DNA of 64,000 nt from Vicinamibacteria bacterium (lineage in GTDB: Bacteria; Acidobacteriota; Vicinamibacteria; Marinacidobacterales; Marinacidobacteraceae): NCBI GenBank assembly GCA_963668695.2, contig CAXXLQ010000004.1:2944001-3008000 (forward strand). The letters are read 5' to 3'. The notes beneath the pieces were generated by a model that was given only the letters and a program-made list of their open reading frames with translations, was not told the DNA's origin and made no database searches. Below are positions 29,441 to 38,610 of the stretch, piece after piece (the stretch's first letter is position 1; each line of letters opens with the position of its first letter). Position numbers and translations under genes: made by a program.

Positions 29441-31347
29441 ATCCGTTCGGGAACGGGAATGCCAAGGAGCGCGAGCCCCTGTCGATGCTGGGTCAGAAAT
29501 GTCTCCACTGCGTAGGTTCGCAGCAACCGTTTGGTGGGATCCGGCTCACCGGCGATGCGGTAGCGCTCGTAGAAGCCATTGAAACGCTGCGCTCCTTCGA
29601 AGGCCCAGCGGGCGAGGACCTGCGGGTCTTCGCCGGCGGCGGCCGCCGCGGCCGTTTCCCGGAGTTCGAGCGCCCCCCGGAGAAGGATCCAGAGGTCGGC
29701 TGCTTCTTCGGGGTCCAGTTCGGCGAGGCGTTCGTTGAACCCCTCCGGCGGCAGGGGACACACGTCCGGCGCGGCACGCTCGAGCCGCGCGAGGATTTTC
29801 GCGGCCCGCACCGCCGCGTACTGCAGGTACGGCCCGGTGGCCCCTTCGAGGCTGAGGGCCTCCTTGAGATCAAAGACGATGAGCTGATTCTTGGTCACCC
29901 GCACCATCCGGTAGCGCAGCGCGCCGACCGCGATCGCCAGCGCCACGGACCTTTGCTCTTTCGCAGGAACGTCAGGATTCCGCGCTGCGACTTCTTCGGT
30001 CGCCCGTTCGAGGAGCGCGTCGAGGAAGTCATCGGCCTTGACTCCGACCCCCTTGCGGCCGGAAACCTCCACTGCACCGGCTCCCGGGGCGGCCACCAGA
30101 CCGAGCGCCTCCACCGTGGCCGGCGTCAGCGCCACTATTTCGTACGACAAATGGCGGGTTCGGGCCCGGTCGACTTCGGAGGTCAGCCGGGCCACGGCTT
30201 CCTGGACGACCTGTTGGGGGTAGGACTGCCGGGCGTCGATCACGTGATGGACGAGCGCCGCCGACCCGAAGCTCGGAGCGTCGGCATCGCCGGGCTCGGT
30301 GGTGCTGATCCAGGCGCGCCGGCCGTCGGGATACTCGTAGAACCGGCGCCAGCGGAAGTCGCGATCCAGGAGACCGAGCTGCCACAGCTGGTAGGCGATG
30401 TCCTTGCCCACGTACGTCACGGTGGCGTTGGAGCGAACGATGACCTTTTCGCCGTCCTGGGCCAGATCGGTATCCATCACCCAGCAGCCGCGGTTCTTGC
30501 CGGACTCGCTCAGGCGGATGGCGCCCCGGTCCCGCAGCAACTCGAAGGCGCGTTCCCAGAAGTGGAGGTGAAGGATCGACTTCTCACACGGCAAGAGGTC
30601 GTAGCGGACCCCGATCCGTTCCATGGTTTCGAGGTGCCGGTGCGCGATGGCGTCTGCCACGATGGCGCCCATCTCCGCCCAGGGCTCTTCGCCGTGCTCG
30701 AGGCCGTGGAGCGCCTCCTGGCGAGCGGCGCGCCCTTTCGGATCCTCCTCGACCCAGCGGGACACCTGGGTGTAGAGATCCCAGCACAGATAGTCGAAGC
30801 GTGGTTTTGCTACGAGGCGTCGCACCTCCTGCGCATCCAACCCCCGAAGTCGAAGGAATCCGAGGACTACATCCGCGACCTGTACTCCAGTGTCGTCGAT
30901 GTAGGTCTGAACCTCGATCCGGTGCCCCAGATACCTGAGGATGCGGGCAAAGGCGTCACCGAGGGTGGCGTTTCTCAGATGGCCGATGTGGGCCGCCTTG
31001 TTCGGGTTGATGCTGGTGTGTTCGACGACGTGGACCCCTGGGGGGGCCTGGGCGCCTGCTCCGGCAAGGGTGTGCCGGATCCACATTTCCCGGTTCAGAA
31101 AGACATTGACGTACCCGGGACCGGCCACTTCCACCCTCCGGACCTCGGGCCGCTCCGAGAGCGCCTCCGCGAGGGTCTCCGCGATCTCTCGGGGGGGACG
31201 CCGCAGGTGGCGCGCCAATCCGAACGCAGCGGGGAACGCGAGGTCCCCCTGATCCGGTGACGGGGGAATCTCGGACACCACCGGGAAGTCCGGCGCTCCC
31301 GCGTTGGCGGCGATTTCGCGGATGACTTCCTCAAGCGCGGCGAACAT
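29437..31347 (-). CDS. argS: Arginine--tRNA ligase
   Basis: VAGPGYVN; EHTSINPNKAAHIGHLRN; SGRKG; GPYLQYAAVR; LGIPVPERM. Confidence 0.95.
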   Translation of the reverse strand: MFAALEEVIREIAANAGAPDFPVVSEIPPSPDQGDLAFPAAFGLARHLRRPPREIAETLAEALSERPEVRRVEVAGPGYVNVFLNREMWIRHTLAGAGAQAPPGVHVVEHTSINPNKAAHIGHLRNATLGDAFARILRYLGHRIEVQTYIDDTGVQVADVVLGFLRLRGLDAQEVRRLVAKPRFDYLCWDLYTQVSRWVEEDPKGRAARQEALHGLEHGEEPWAEMGAIVADAIAHRHLETMERIGVRYDLLPCEKSILHLHFWERAFELLRDRGAIRLSESGKNRGCWVMDTDLAQDGEKVIVRSNATVTYVGKDIAYQLWQLGLLDRDFRWRRFYEYPDGRRAWISTTEPGDADAPSFGSAALVHHVIDARQSYPQQVVQEAVARLTSEVDRARTRHLSYEIVALTPATVEALGLVAAPGAGAVEVSGRKGVGVKADDFLDALLERATEEVAARNPDVPAKEQRSVALAIAVGALRYRMVRVTKNQLIVFDLKEALSLEGATGPYLQYAAVRAAKILARLERAAPDVCPLPPEGFNERLAELDPEEAADLWILLRGALELRETAAAAAAGEDPQVLARWAFEGAQRFNGFYERYRIAGEPDPTKRLLRTYAVETFLTQHRQGLALLGIPVPERM

Positions 31348-31390
31348 CGGCGCGGAGTCTAGTGGCTGGACCGGGCCGGCCCCGATCTAA

Positions 31391-31660
31391 CAACCTATGG
31401 TGAAACCCAGGCGGCCCAGTTCTCCCGGTGGGGGCTCGCCCGGCGATGCATCCCGGCTGAACCACTCCGCTTTGCTCCATTCTGCGTTGCGTTTCGGTCG
31501 AAATACACCCGGGCCAGTTCTCCCGGTGGGGGCTCCTCCCTCACGCGCCTTGTCAGCCGGGCCCCCACCGGGAGGACTGGCCCCACCGGGAGAACTGGGC
31601 CTCGCCCCCACCGGGAGGACTGGCCGGGCTCGGCGCTCACCCGGGTTCCACCACAGGCTG
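31391..31660 (+). mobile_element. Family A MITE carrying 5 cassettes (slots A, B, C tandem, D)
   Basis: CAACCTATGGTGAAACCC...GGGTTCCACCACAGGCTG; flanks CTAA/TTAG. Confidence 0.88.
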
Positions 31661-31688
31661 TTAGTGCCTGGTGTCGCGCCGGCGGAAG

Positions 31689-32663
31689 CTACTTGCGGCC
31701 TTCCGGACCGTTCGATGGTTCGTAAGGTCCGTAATAGCCTCGTCGGGCTCGGACTTCGACCTCGTCATGCCCCGGTGCGGTTACTTCCACCTCGATGCGC
31801 CGGTAGCGGCCCTCTCGCCGGGTATTCGAGGAGACATAACCGATCGTGTACTGGCTGTAGAGCTCGTTCAGGATGCGGTCGTAGAGTTCGTCGAGCTTCT
31901 CGAGAGAGGACGCGAACGCGTAGGAACCGCCGCTGGCCTCGGCGATCGCACGCAGGAAGCGGGCGTTTTGGAATACCTCGGCTTGCCTCGCGCGATCTCC
32001 GAACTGGATCGAATGAATCGTCGTTTCCCCGAGCTTTACGAGGTCCAGCGCTTCCGAGAACATGAGGGTGGAGCGGGAGTCGGCGCCGTCGCTGAACACC
32101 GCCAGCGTCTTCCTGCCGTCGTAGTCGTACACGCGGTCGAGGAACGTGGCGACCGCGTCGTAGAGCGCCGTCCACCCCTCGGCTTCGATCTCGTAGATCC
32201 GGTTCGAGATGGTGCGCTGGTCGTCGCTTGAGTACTCGGAAAGCCAGATGTTCTCGTCGAAGCTGATGACGAACAGATTTTCGGTCCTCGGGATGTTGGT
32301 GAGGAATTTGATGGCCGCCTCGTGCAGGAGCGACAAGTCCTCCTCCATGCTGCCCGATGAATCAAGAAGCAGGCCGATTACCTGTTTTTGCGAAAGCTCC
32401 TCCTTCTGATCCGGCGGGAGATCTACCCACGATTCCTCGAGTCCGGCGCCGAAGACGAGGATTTCCTGCTCCACGCCGTCCTCGAGGACGCGGAAGTTCT
32501 GGGCGCCGAGTCCCGTGATGAACTCTCCATCGTCCGTGGTGACCGCCACCGGTACCGAGACGAGATCCACCCCCGCTTCGAACCGGAAGATCTCCTGTTC
32601 CTGGGCAGGCGCGGCGGAGGCGAAGAGCGCCAGCCCCGCGCCGGCGAGAGGCATCCGGATCAT
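31689..32663 (-). CDS. Exported VWA-domain protein (acidobacterial VWFA-related type)
   Basis: Signal peptide; VDLVSVPVAVT...FRVLEDGVEQ; MIDAS DSSGS; TALYDAV; FSDG; QYTIGY...YRRIEV...RARRGY. Confidence 0.85.
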   Translation of the reverse strand: MIRMPLAGAGLALFASAAPAQEQEIFRFEAGVDLVSVPVAVTTDDGEFITGLGAQNFRVLEDGVEQEILVFGAGLEESWVDLPPDQKEELSQKQVIGLLLDSSGSMEEDLSLLHEAAIKFLTNIPRTENLFVISFDENIWLSEYSSDDQRTISNRIYEIEAEGWTALYDAVATFLDRVYDYDGRKTLAVFSDGADSRSTLMFSEALDLVKLGETTIHSIQFGDRARQAEVFQNARFLRAIAEASGGSYAFASSLEKLDELYDRILNELYSQYTIGYVSSNTRREGRYRRIEVEVTAPGHDEVEVRARRGYYGPYEPSNGPEGRK

Positions 32664-32808
32664 GCGCCGGATTCTCCCACTCGGTGCCGAGACGGCGCGA
32701 GCGCCGCCCTTGGCAGGCGGTCGCAAAAGGCAGCCGGCATCAGTCCGCGGCGCGGAGCGCTGCGTGGGGGGAGAGGGGGTGAGGAGGGGTTTCCCCAAGG
32801 GTCGTTAG

Positions 32809-33029
32809 CAGCCTGTGGTGAAACTCTGAAGGCATCCATTCGCGGCGCGCAGCGCCGCGGGGGTGGGGTGTGGGGAGGGGTTTCCCCTCCCCACGAAAGA
32901 CGGTGGAGTGAATCGCGCAGCGATTCGCCCCACCAACCTGTGGTGAAAGCGCCCCGCACGCACACAAACCCCCAGATTCGGCGCGCGGGACGTCCCGGGG
33001 CCCGTGCGGGGTGCTTTCACCACAGGCTG
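32809..33029 (+). mobile_element. MITE-like element, family B (same termini as family A, different interior)
   Basis: CAGCCTGTGGTGAAA...TTTCACCACAGGCTG; flanks TTAG/TCAG; internal hairpin GTGGGGAGGGGTTTCCCCTCCCCAC; related fragment at about 32745-32800. Confidence 0.78.
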
Positions 33030-34895
33030 TCAGATGAGTCCCGCCACGCTCCGAATGGCAAGGTCAAAGCGGTTGAAGGGCGGCATCACGTAGACGCCGG
33101 CGGCGCTCTCCCGCGCCGCGGCCACCATGTCCCGGGCGACCGAGACGCCGACCTCTCGCGCGCGCTGCCGGGACGGCGCCGCCGCCAATCTGTCCCGGAC
33201 CGATTGCGGGACGCTCATTCCCGGAACCTCGTTGTGGAGGAACTCGGCGTTTCTGGAACTCACCAGCGGAAGGACCCCCACGATCACGGGAACTCCGAAG
33301 TGGCGCACCTCGGCCAGGAATCTATCGAGCAGGCTGGATTCGTACACCGGCTGGGTGAGGCAGTACTGAGCGCCGGCCTCCACCTTCTTCTCGAACTTGC
33401 GCATCTCGGCATCCGGGTCGGCGGCCGCCGGGTTCGCACCGACCCCGATGTAGAAGGGAAGGGCGGCGCCGAGAGGGTTTCCGGCGAGGTCGAGGCCGTG
33501 GTTCAGGCCGCCGAGGATGCGGACGAGGCCTACCGAGTCCACGTCGAACACCGGCGTCGCGTGCGGGTAGTCCCCGAGCTTCGGCGGGTCGCCGGTGACG
33601 GCGAGCAGATTGCGGATGCCGAGAGCGTGAGCCCCCAACAGGTCCGCCTGGATTCCGATCAGGTTGCGGTCCCGGCACTGGTAGTGGAGGATCGTCTCCA
33701 CCTGACCGCTCCGCTCGAGAAGCGCCGCGAACGCGATGGCGCTCATGCGGGCGGTGGCCCTCGGTCCGTCCGCCACGTTCACGAAGCGGATGCCGGCATC
33801 GGCGAGTGCCCGCACCTTGTCGAGGAACTTGCCGGGATCGGCGCCGCGCGGGGGATCCATCTCCACCGAGACGGCGAATTCGCCGTCCAGCAGGTGGCGC
33901 GCGAGGCTCGAACGGTCGGCCACCTCGACCGCGGCAACCCCGGCAGGTTCCGTTTCCTCCGAGACTCTGGCGGCGGCCGGCAACGGCGCCTTGACGCGCG
34001 CCGCCCGGGAGGCGGCGGACGCCGCCCGGACCACGCCGGCAACGGCGCCGATATGTTCGGCGCCGGTGCCGCAACATCCGCCGATCAGCGACACCCCGAG
34101 CCGGAGATACCGCTTCGCATAGTGGGCCACGTAGTCGGGAGACGACGGATACAGGAAGCGCCCCTCGACCCGCTCCGGAATGCCGGCGTTCGGCTGGGCG
34201 ACGAGCGGGAGACTCACCGCGTCCCGCATGCGCTCGAGGGCCGTGAGCGTGGTGTCCGGCCCCACCCCGCAGTTCGAGCCGACAGCGTCAGCGCCTTCCC
34301 GGGCAAGCGACTTCGCCGCCTGGTCCGCCGAAACGCCAAAGAGAGTCGTCGCCTGTTCGGAAAACGTCATCAGCACGATGACCCCGATGTCGGGCGCCAA
34401 CTCTCGCGCGGCAGAAAGCGCGAGACGCGCCTCGGCAAGGCTGGTGAAGGTCTCGATCAGGACGGCGTCCACCCCGCTCTCGACGAGTGCGCTGATCTGT
34501 TCCCGGAATCCCGCGGCGAACTCCGGGGGCTTCTCCTCGTCGAGCGGACCGACGACTTCGCCGCTCGGTCCCACGGATCCGAGGACCAGCACTCCCGGCC
34601 GGACCGCGCGGCGCGCCACGGCAACTCCGGCGGCGTTGATGGCCGCAACTTCGGAGGCGAGACCGTGCCGGCCGAGCTTCCAGCGATTCGCCCCGAAGGT
34701 GTTGGTGCTGACCACCTCGGCACCGGCCCCGACGTGGGCGGCGTGGATCGCCCGGACCCGGTCCGGGTCGGAGCGATTGAGATCGTCGAACGACCGCCTC
34801 GCCGCGACCCCGCCGGTATAGAGCGCCGACCCGATCGCGCCGTCGCCGACCCGGGGCCGTTCCCGCAAGAAAGCGGTCAGTTCGGAACGCCGCAT
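33030..34895 (-). CDS. Bifunctional homocysteine S-methyltransferase / 5,10-methylenetetrahydrofolate reductase (YitJ-like)
   Basis: DGAIGS; TNTFGAN; GGCCGTG; SVEMDPPRG; CRDRNLIGIQADLLG; TGDPP; AEFLHNEVPG. Confidence 0.93.
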   Translation of the reverse strand: MRRSELTAFLRERPRVGDGAIGSALYTGGVAARRSFDDLNRSDPDRVRAIHAAHVGAGAEVVSTNTFGANRWKLGRHGLASEVAAINAAGVAVARRAVRPGVLVLGSVGPSGEVVGPLDEEKPPEFAAGFREQISALVESGVDAVLIETFTSLAEARLALSAARELAPDIGVIVLMTFSEQATTLFGVSADQAAKSLAREGADAVGSNCGVGPDTTLTALERMRDAVSLPLVAQPNAGIPERVEGRFLYPSSPDYVAHYAKRYLRLGVSLIGGCCGTGAEHIGAVAGVVRAASAASRAARVKAPLPAAARVSEETEPAGVAAVEVADRSSLARHLLDGEFAVSVEMDPPRGADPGKFLDKVRALADAGIRFVNVADGPRATARMSAIAFAALLERSGQVETILHYQCRDRNLIGIQADLLGAHALGIRNLLAVTGDPPKLGDYPHATPVFDVDSVGLVRILGGLNHGLDLAGNPLGAALPFYIGVGANPAAADPDAEMRKFEKKVEAGAQYCLTQPVYESSLLDRFLAEVRHFGVPVIVGVLPLVSSRNAEFLHNEVPGMSVPQSVRDRLAAAPSRQRAREVGVSVARDMVAAARESAAGVYVMPPFNRFDLAIRSVAGLI

Positions 34896-34936
34896 GAACC
34901 GCTCCAACTCGCGGTGTTCGCCACCGGCAGGGTTAG

Positions 34937-35187
34937 CAGCCGGTGGTGGAACCCGGGTGAGCGCCGAGGCCGGTGAGGCCCAGTTCTCCCGGTGGGGCCA
35001 GTTCTCCCGGTGGGGGCCCGGCTGACAAGGCGCGTGAGGGAGGAGCCCCCACCGGGAGAACTGGCCCGGGTGTATTTCGACCGAAACGCAACGACGAACG
35101 GCGCGAAGCGACGCGGTTCAGCCGGGATGGATCGCCGGCCGAGCCCCCACCGGGAGAACTGGGCCGGCTGGGTTTCACCACAGGCTG
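34937..35187 (-). mobile_element. Family A MITE, reverse orientation, 4 cassettes
   Basis: CAGCCGGTGGTGGAACCC...GGGTTTCACCACAGGCTG with perfect TTAG direct repeats. Confidence 0.88.
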
Positions 35188-35266
35188 TTAGGCTCAGCAG
35201 GAGGCTGCGAGAGTTCGACGGTGCGTCCCCCCGGCCGACGGGTTTCCGCTTCCTTCGGGTCGAAAG

Positions 35267-35484
35267 TAGTCTGTGGCGAGAGCCGGGCGGCATCGGCTCG
35301 CGGCGCGGAGCGCCGCGGGGGAGGGGTGTGGGGAGGGGTTTCCCCGCCCCACGAAAGACGATGGCGCGGATCGCGGAGCGATTCGCGGCATCAACCCGCG
35401 GGGAGAGCGTCCCGCACGCACAAACTCCGCGCGATCCGACGCGTCTGTCGTCGCGGGAACCGTGCGGGAGGCTCTCCCCACGGG
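35267..35484 (+). mobile_element. Diverged family B element
   Basis: Colinear similarity to 32809-33029 (CGCGGCGCG.AGCGCCGCGGGGG.GGGGTGTGGGGAGGGGTTTCCCC.CCCCACGAAAGACG...GCGATTCGC); boundaries approximate. Confidence 0.7.
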
Positions 35485-35796
35485 TCAGTAGCCGACCACC
35501 CAACGGTGATCTGCCACGAAGCGGAAACCCGAAGCCAGCGGACGGAGGCCGAGTTCGGCGACCAGCGAGCGGGAGAAGGCCCGCCCCAGGATGGCGTTCA
35601 CGTCCTCGCCGGTGCTCTTCGCCTGCTCTTCGGCGGCGGTGGAGGCGAGATCGGTGACGAGCATCGTGCCTTCAACGGTTTCGCTCCCGGAGACGGCCTT
35701 CACCGACCAGGGCTGATGCTTGTCGGTGTCGGTGCGTTCGGCGATTTCCACGGCGCCCGTCCAGCGGGCGCCACGGCCTTCAAAGCTGACCTGCAT
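35485..35796 (-). CDS. Small hypothetical protein (103 aa)
   Basis: MQVSFEGRGARWTGAVEIAE...DHRWVVGY; protein-like composition; fills the gap between two repeat elements. Confidence 0.6.
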   Translation of the reverse strand: MQVSFEGRGARWTGAVEIAERTDTDKHQPWSVKAVSGSETVEGTMLVTDLASTAAEEQAKSTGEDVNAILGRAFSRSLVAELGLRPLASGFRFVADHRWVVGY

Positions 35797-35814
35797 GGGG
35801 TGGAATTGTATTAG

Positions 35815-36265
35815 CAACCGGTGGGCAAAGTGGCGTGAGCGCCGAGGCCGGCGAGGCCCAGTTCTCCCGGTGGGGGTCCGGCTGACAAGGCGCGTGAGGA
35901 AGGAGCCCCCACCGGGAGAACTGGCCCGGGTGTATTTCGACTGAAGCGCAACGATGAGCGACGCGAAGCGGCGCGGTGAACAGCCGGTGGCGGAACCCGC
36001 GTGAGCGCCGAGGCCGGTGAGACGCCCGGCTGACAAGGCGCGTGAGGAAGGAGCCCCCACCGGGAGAACTGGCCCGGGTGTATTTCGACCGAAACGCAAC
36101 GATGAGCGGCGCGAAGCGACGCGGTCAGCCGGGATGGATCGCCGGCCGAGCCCCCACCGGGAGAACTGGGCCGCGTGGGTTTCATCACGGGCTGTTTGGC
36201 CGGGATGAATCGCCGGCCGAGCCCCCACCGGGAGAACTGGGCCGCGTGACTTTGTTCACAGGCCG
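35815..36265 (-). mobile_element. Composite family A MITE, reverse orientation, 5 cassettes
   Basis: CAACCGGTGGGCAAAGTGGCG...CGTGACTTTGTTCACAGGCCG; duplicated right half and left end as in 25768-26183. Confidence 0.85.
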
Positions 36266-36267
36266 CT

Positions 36268-37332
36268 CTAAGGAAGAGCGGGTGGTTCGAAGATCTGGGG
36301 ACCGCTTTGGCAGTCGAGGGACTCGAGGAACGCCACCAGGTCTGCGATCTGCTCATCGCTCAACTCGCGGTCCATGAGTTCGTCGGTGTCCAGATAGGGA
36401 TTGGCCAATCCGCCGCTCGCCATCAGGCGCACGGCTTCCTCGAGCGTCGCCACGCTTCCGTTGTGGAAATACGGAGCGCTTTTCGAAACGTCGCGGAGGG
36501 TGGGGGTCTTGAAGGCTCCCTGGCAGGGTTCGTCCAAGGTGGCGCCGCAGATGTCCTCCTCGGTCACCCGACCCCGGCCGAGATCGGGTTCCTCGGCGTC
36601 CATTCCGATGCCCGTGTTGTGGTAACTCAGGTCGGTGAACAGCACCCCGCTGTGGCAGGTCGCGCAACCGGCGCCGGCGGTGAAGAGTTCCGCCCCGCGC
36701 ATCCCCTGCTCCGACATGGCCGACGCGTCGCCCCGCCGCCAATCGTCATACGCGCTGTCCCCGCAGTAGAAGGCTTCGCGCTCGAAGGCGGAGATTGCCT
36801 GCACGACGTTGTCGGGAGTGGCCGGGCCGCCGAAGACGGCATCGAACTGTTCCGCATAGCCGGAGATGGCGTTCAACTCGGCAACTACGGCATCGGCGTC
36901 GGCGCCCATGTTCCCGCCGGTCCAGGCGGCGCGGGCCTGCGCTTCGAGCGAACCGCTGCGACCGTCCCAGTAGAACTGTGTGTGGTACGCGATGTTCCAC
37001 AGCGTCGGACTGGAACGAGTGAGGACCCGGCCGAGGGCTCCTTCGGCGACCACTTTTCCGTCGGTCAGGCCGTTCTCAACGAGGTGACAGCTATAGCAGG
37101 ACCGGCTCCCATCCGCCGAGAGGCGGGTGTCGAAGTAGAGCTGCTTCCCGAGGGCGACTTTTGCCGGCGTCTGGGGATTGTCGGCGGGGATTACGGGGCT
37201 CTCGAAATCCGCGGGCGGCCCGGGAACGAAGGGAGGAGGGGCAGCCTCCTCGGCAGGCTCCTCAGCCGCCGGGGTGCAGGCGAGGGCGGCAGCGATCGCC
37301 ATGAGAACGGTGAGAAGTGACAAGAGCCGCAT
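36268..37332 (-). CDS. Di-heme cytochrome c peroxidase (CCP/MauG family) lipoprotein
   Basis: Lipobox ALAC; LGKQLYFDTRLS; CYSCH; FYWDGR; CATCH; FKTPTLRDV...PYFHNG. Confidence 0.92.
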   Translation of the reverse strand: MRLLSLLTVLMAIAAALACTPAAEEPAEEAAPPPFVPGPPADFESPVIPADNPQTPAKVALGKQLYFDTRLSADGSRSCYSCHLVENGLTDGKVVAEGALGRVLTRSSPTLWNIAYHTQFYWDGRSGSLEAQARAAWTGGNMGADADAVVAELNAISGYAEQFDAVFGGPATPDNVVQAISAFEREAFYCGDSAYDDWRRGDASAMSEQGMRGAELFTAGAGCATCHSGVLFTDLSYHNTGIGMDAEEPDLGRGRVTEEDICGATLDEPCQGAFKTPTLRDVSKSAPYFHNGSVATLEEAVRLMASGGLANPYLDTDELMDRELSDEQIADLVAFLESLDCQSGPQIFEPPALP

Positions 37333-37604
37333 TGCAGTACCCCGCTTCGGAAACGTGGACTCGGGAAGCTCCGAATGCTACCAGTCGAGGCTGCCCGGGA
37401 CGCGCCGGAGAACGCCCCCGGGAGGGCGGCGCCACCGGGCTTTCAGGCGAAAGCAGCGGTCGGCATTCCGGCTGCCGCGCTCGCTCGCTCCCGGACCGCA
37501 GGGGGGGTCGCCTCTCCGCGGGAGGCGATGCCGGCCAGCGGCCGGCATTCCCTGGGGTCCACTTCCAAGCGGGCAAAAAACCGATGGCCTCGAACCCTGT
37601 TCGC

Positions 37605-37736
37605 TGCCGGCGATGTCGCTGCGCGCCGCTCATCGTTGCGTTTCGGTCGAAATACACCCGGTATTCCTCCCTCACGCGCCTTGTCGGCCAGGCGCCTCAC
37701 CGACCTCGGCGCTCACGCGGGTTTCACCACCGGCGG
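37605..37736 (+). mobile_element. Partial family A MITE (core and right end, no cassette)
   Basis: CGCTCATCGTTGCGTTTCGGTCGAAATACACCCGGTATTCCTCCCTCACGCGCCTTG...GGGTTTCACCACCGGCGG then CTAA; left boundary approximate. Confidence 0.75.
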
Positions 37737-37761
37737 CTAAGACGCGATAGGCTCCGGCGAC

Positions 37762-38589
37762 GTGTCTCGCCGAGGGGTTCTTGCCGCCGCTTTGGTTCTC
37801 GTGGGGGTCGCCGCGCTCGGGGGCACCCTACTGATCCGGGGTCCGCTCGCGGTGACGCAACCGACACCCGGGCAGCTCCGCGAGATGCTGGCGGATGCGA
37901 TCGGGGACGATCTCGGACGCCCTGTCTTCGGGAAACCGCCGGTCCATGATTTCTATTTCACCCGCGCCGCCTACACGAGCTACGGCTGGCGCGGATGGCA
38001 CGTGGACTACCCGAAGGCGGACCGGCAGTTCCTGATCGGGCTCCGGCGGCTCACGAACCTCGACTCCTATGAGAACGAGAACGGAGTCCTGCTGACGGAT
38101 CCGGACCTCGGGAAATACCCCTTCCTGTACACGGTCGAAGTTGGATACATGGCGATGACGGAGGAGGAGGTCCTGGCGCTACGGCGCTATTTGCACCTGG
38201 GGGGTTTCCTGGTTGTTGACGATTTCTGGGGTACCGCCGAGTGGGCGAATTTCGCGCACGAAATGGGGCGGGTCCTGCCCGGCCGGCCGATCGAAGACAT
38301 TCCCCTCGACCATCCCGTGTTCCGCTCCTTCTACGAGGTGGACGAAATCGTCCAGGTGCCGAATGTGGGCCAGGGGATGCGCGGCGGACCGACATGGGAG
38401 CGAGATGGCTACCAGCCCGTGGTGCGGGGCATCTTTGATGACCAGAGACGGCTGATGGTGCTCGTGAACTGGAACACCGACCTCGGGGACGCCTGGGAGT
38501 GGGCCGAGAACCCCTATTACCCGCTGCACTTCTCCACCTATGCCTACGAAATGGGAATCAACTTCATCATCTACGCGATGACTCACTGA
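37762..38589 (+). CDS. DUF4159-family protein (copy 1)
   Basis: WHVDYPKAD; YPFLY; LRRYLHLGGFLVVDDFWG; LDHPVF; NTDLGDAWE; MGINFIIYAMTH. Confidence 0.85.
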   Translation: MSRRGVLAAALVLVGVAALGGTLLIRGPLAVTQPTPGQLREMLADAIGDDLGRPVFGKPPVHDFYFTRAAYTSYGWRGWHVDYPKADRQFLIGLRRLTNLDSYENENGVLLTDPDLGKYPFLYTVEVGYMAMTEEEVLALRRYLHLGGFLVVDDFWGTAEWANFAHEMGRVLPGRPIEDIPLDHPVFRSFYEVDEIVQVPNVGQGMRGGPTWERDGYQPVVRGIFDDQRRLMVLVNWNTDLGDAWEWAENPYYPLHFSTYAYEMGINFIIYAMTH

Positions 38590-38610
38590 CTTCCGTTTAC
38601 AAACCTTTAG

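Noticed and set aside
34896-35270. Possible SAM or cobalamin riboswitch upstream of the methionine genes (also 24350-24546)
   Set aside because: No SAM-I or B12-box consensus recognised; the structure there is explained by the MITEs. An Rfam scan would be decisive.
31391-36265. Recurrent 20-nt motif as a possible CRISPR array
   Set aside because: Mixed orientations, irregular spacing, intervening sequences that are themselves repeats, and no cas genes.
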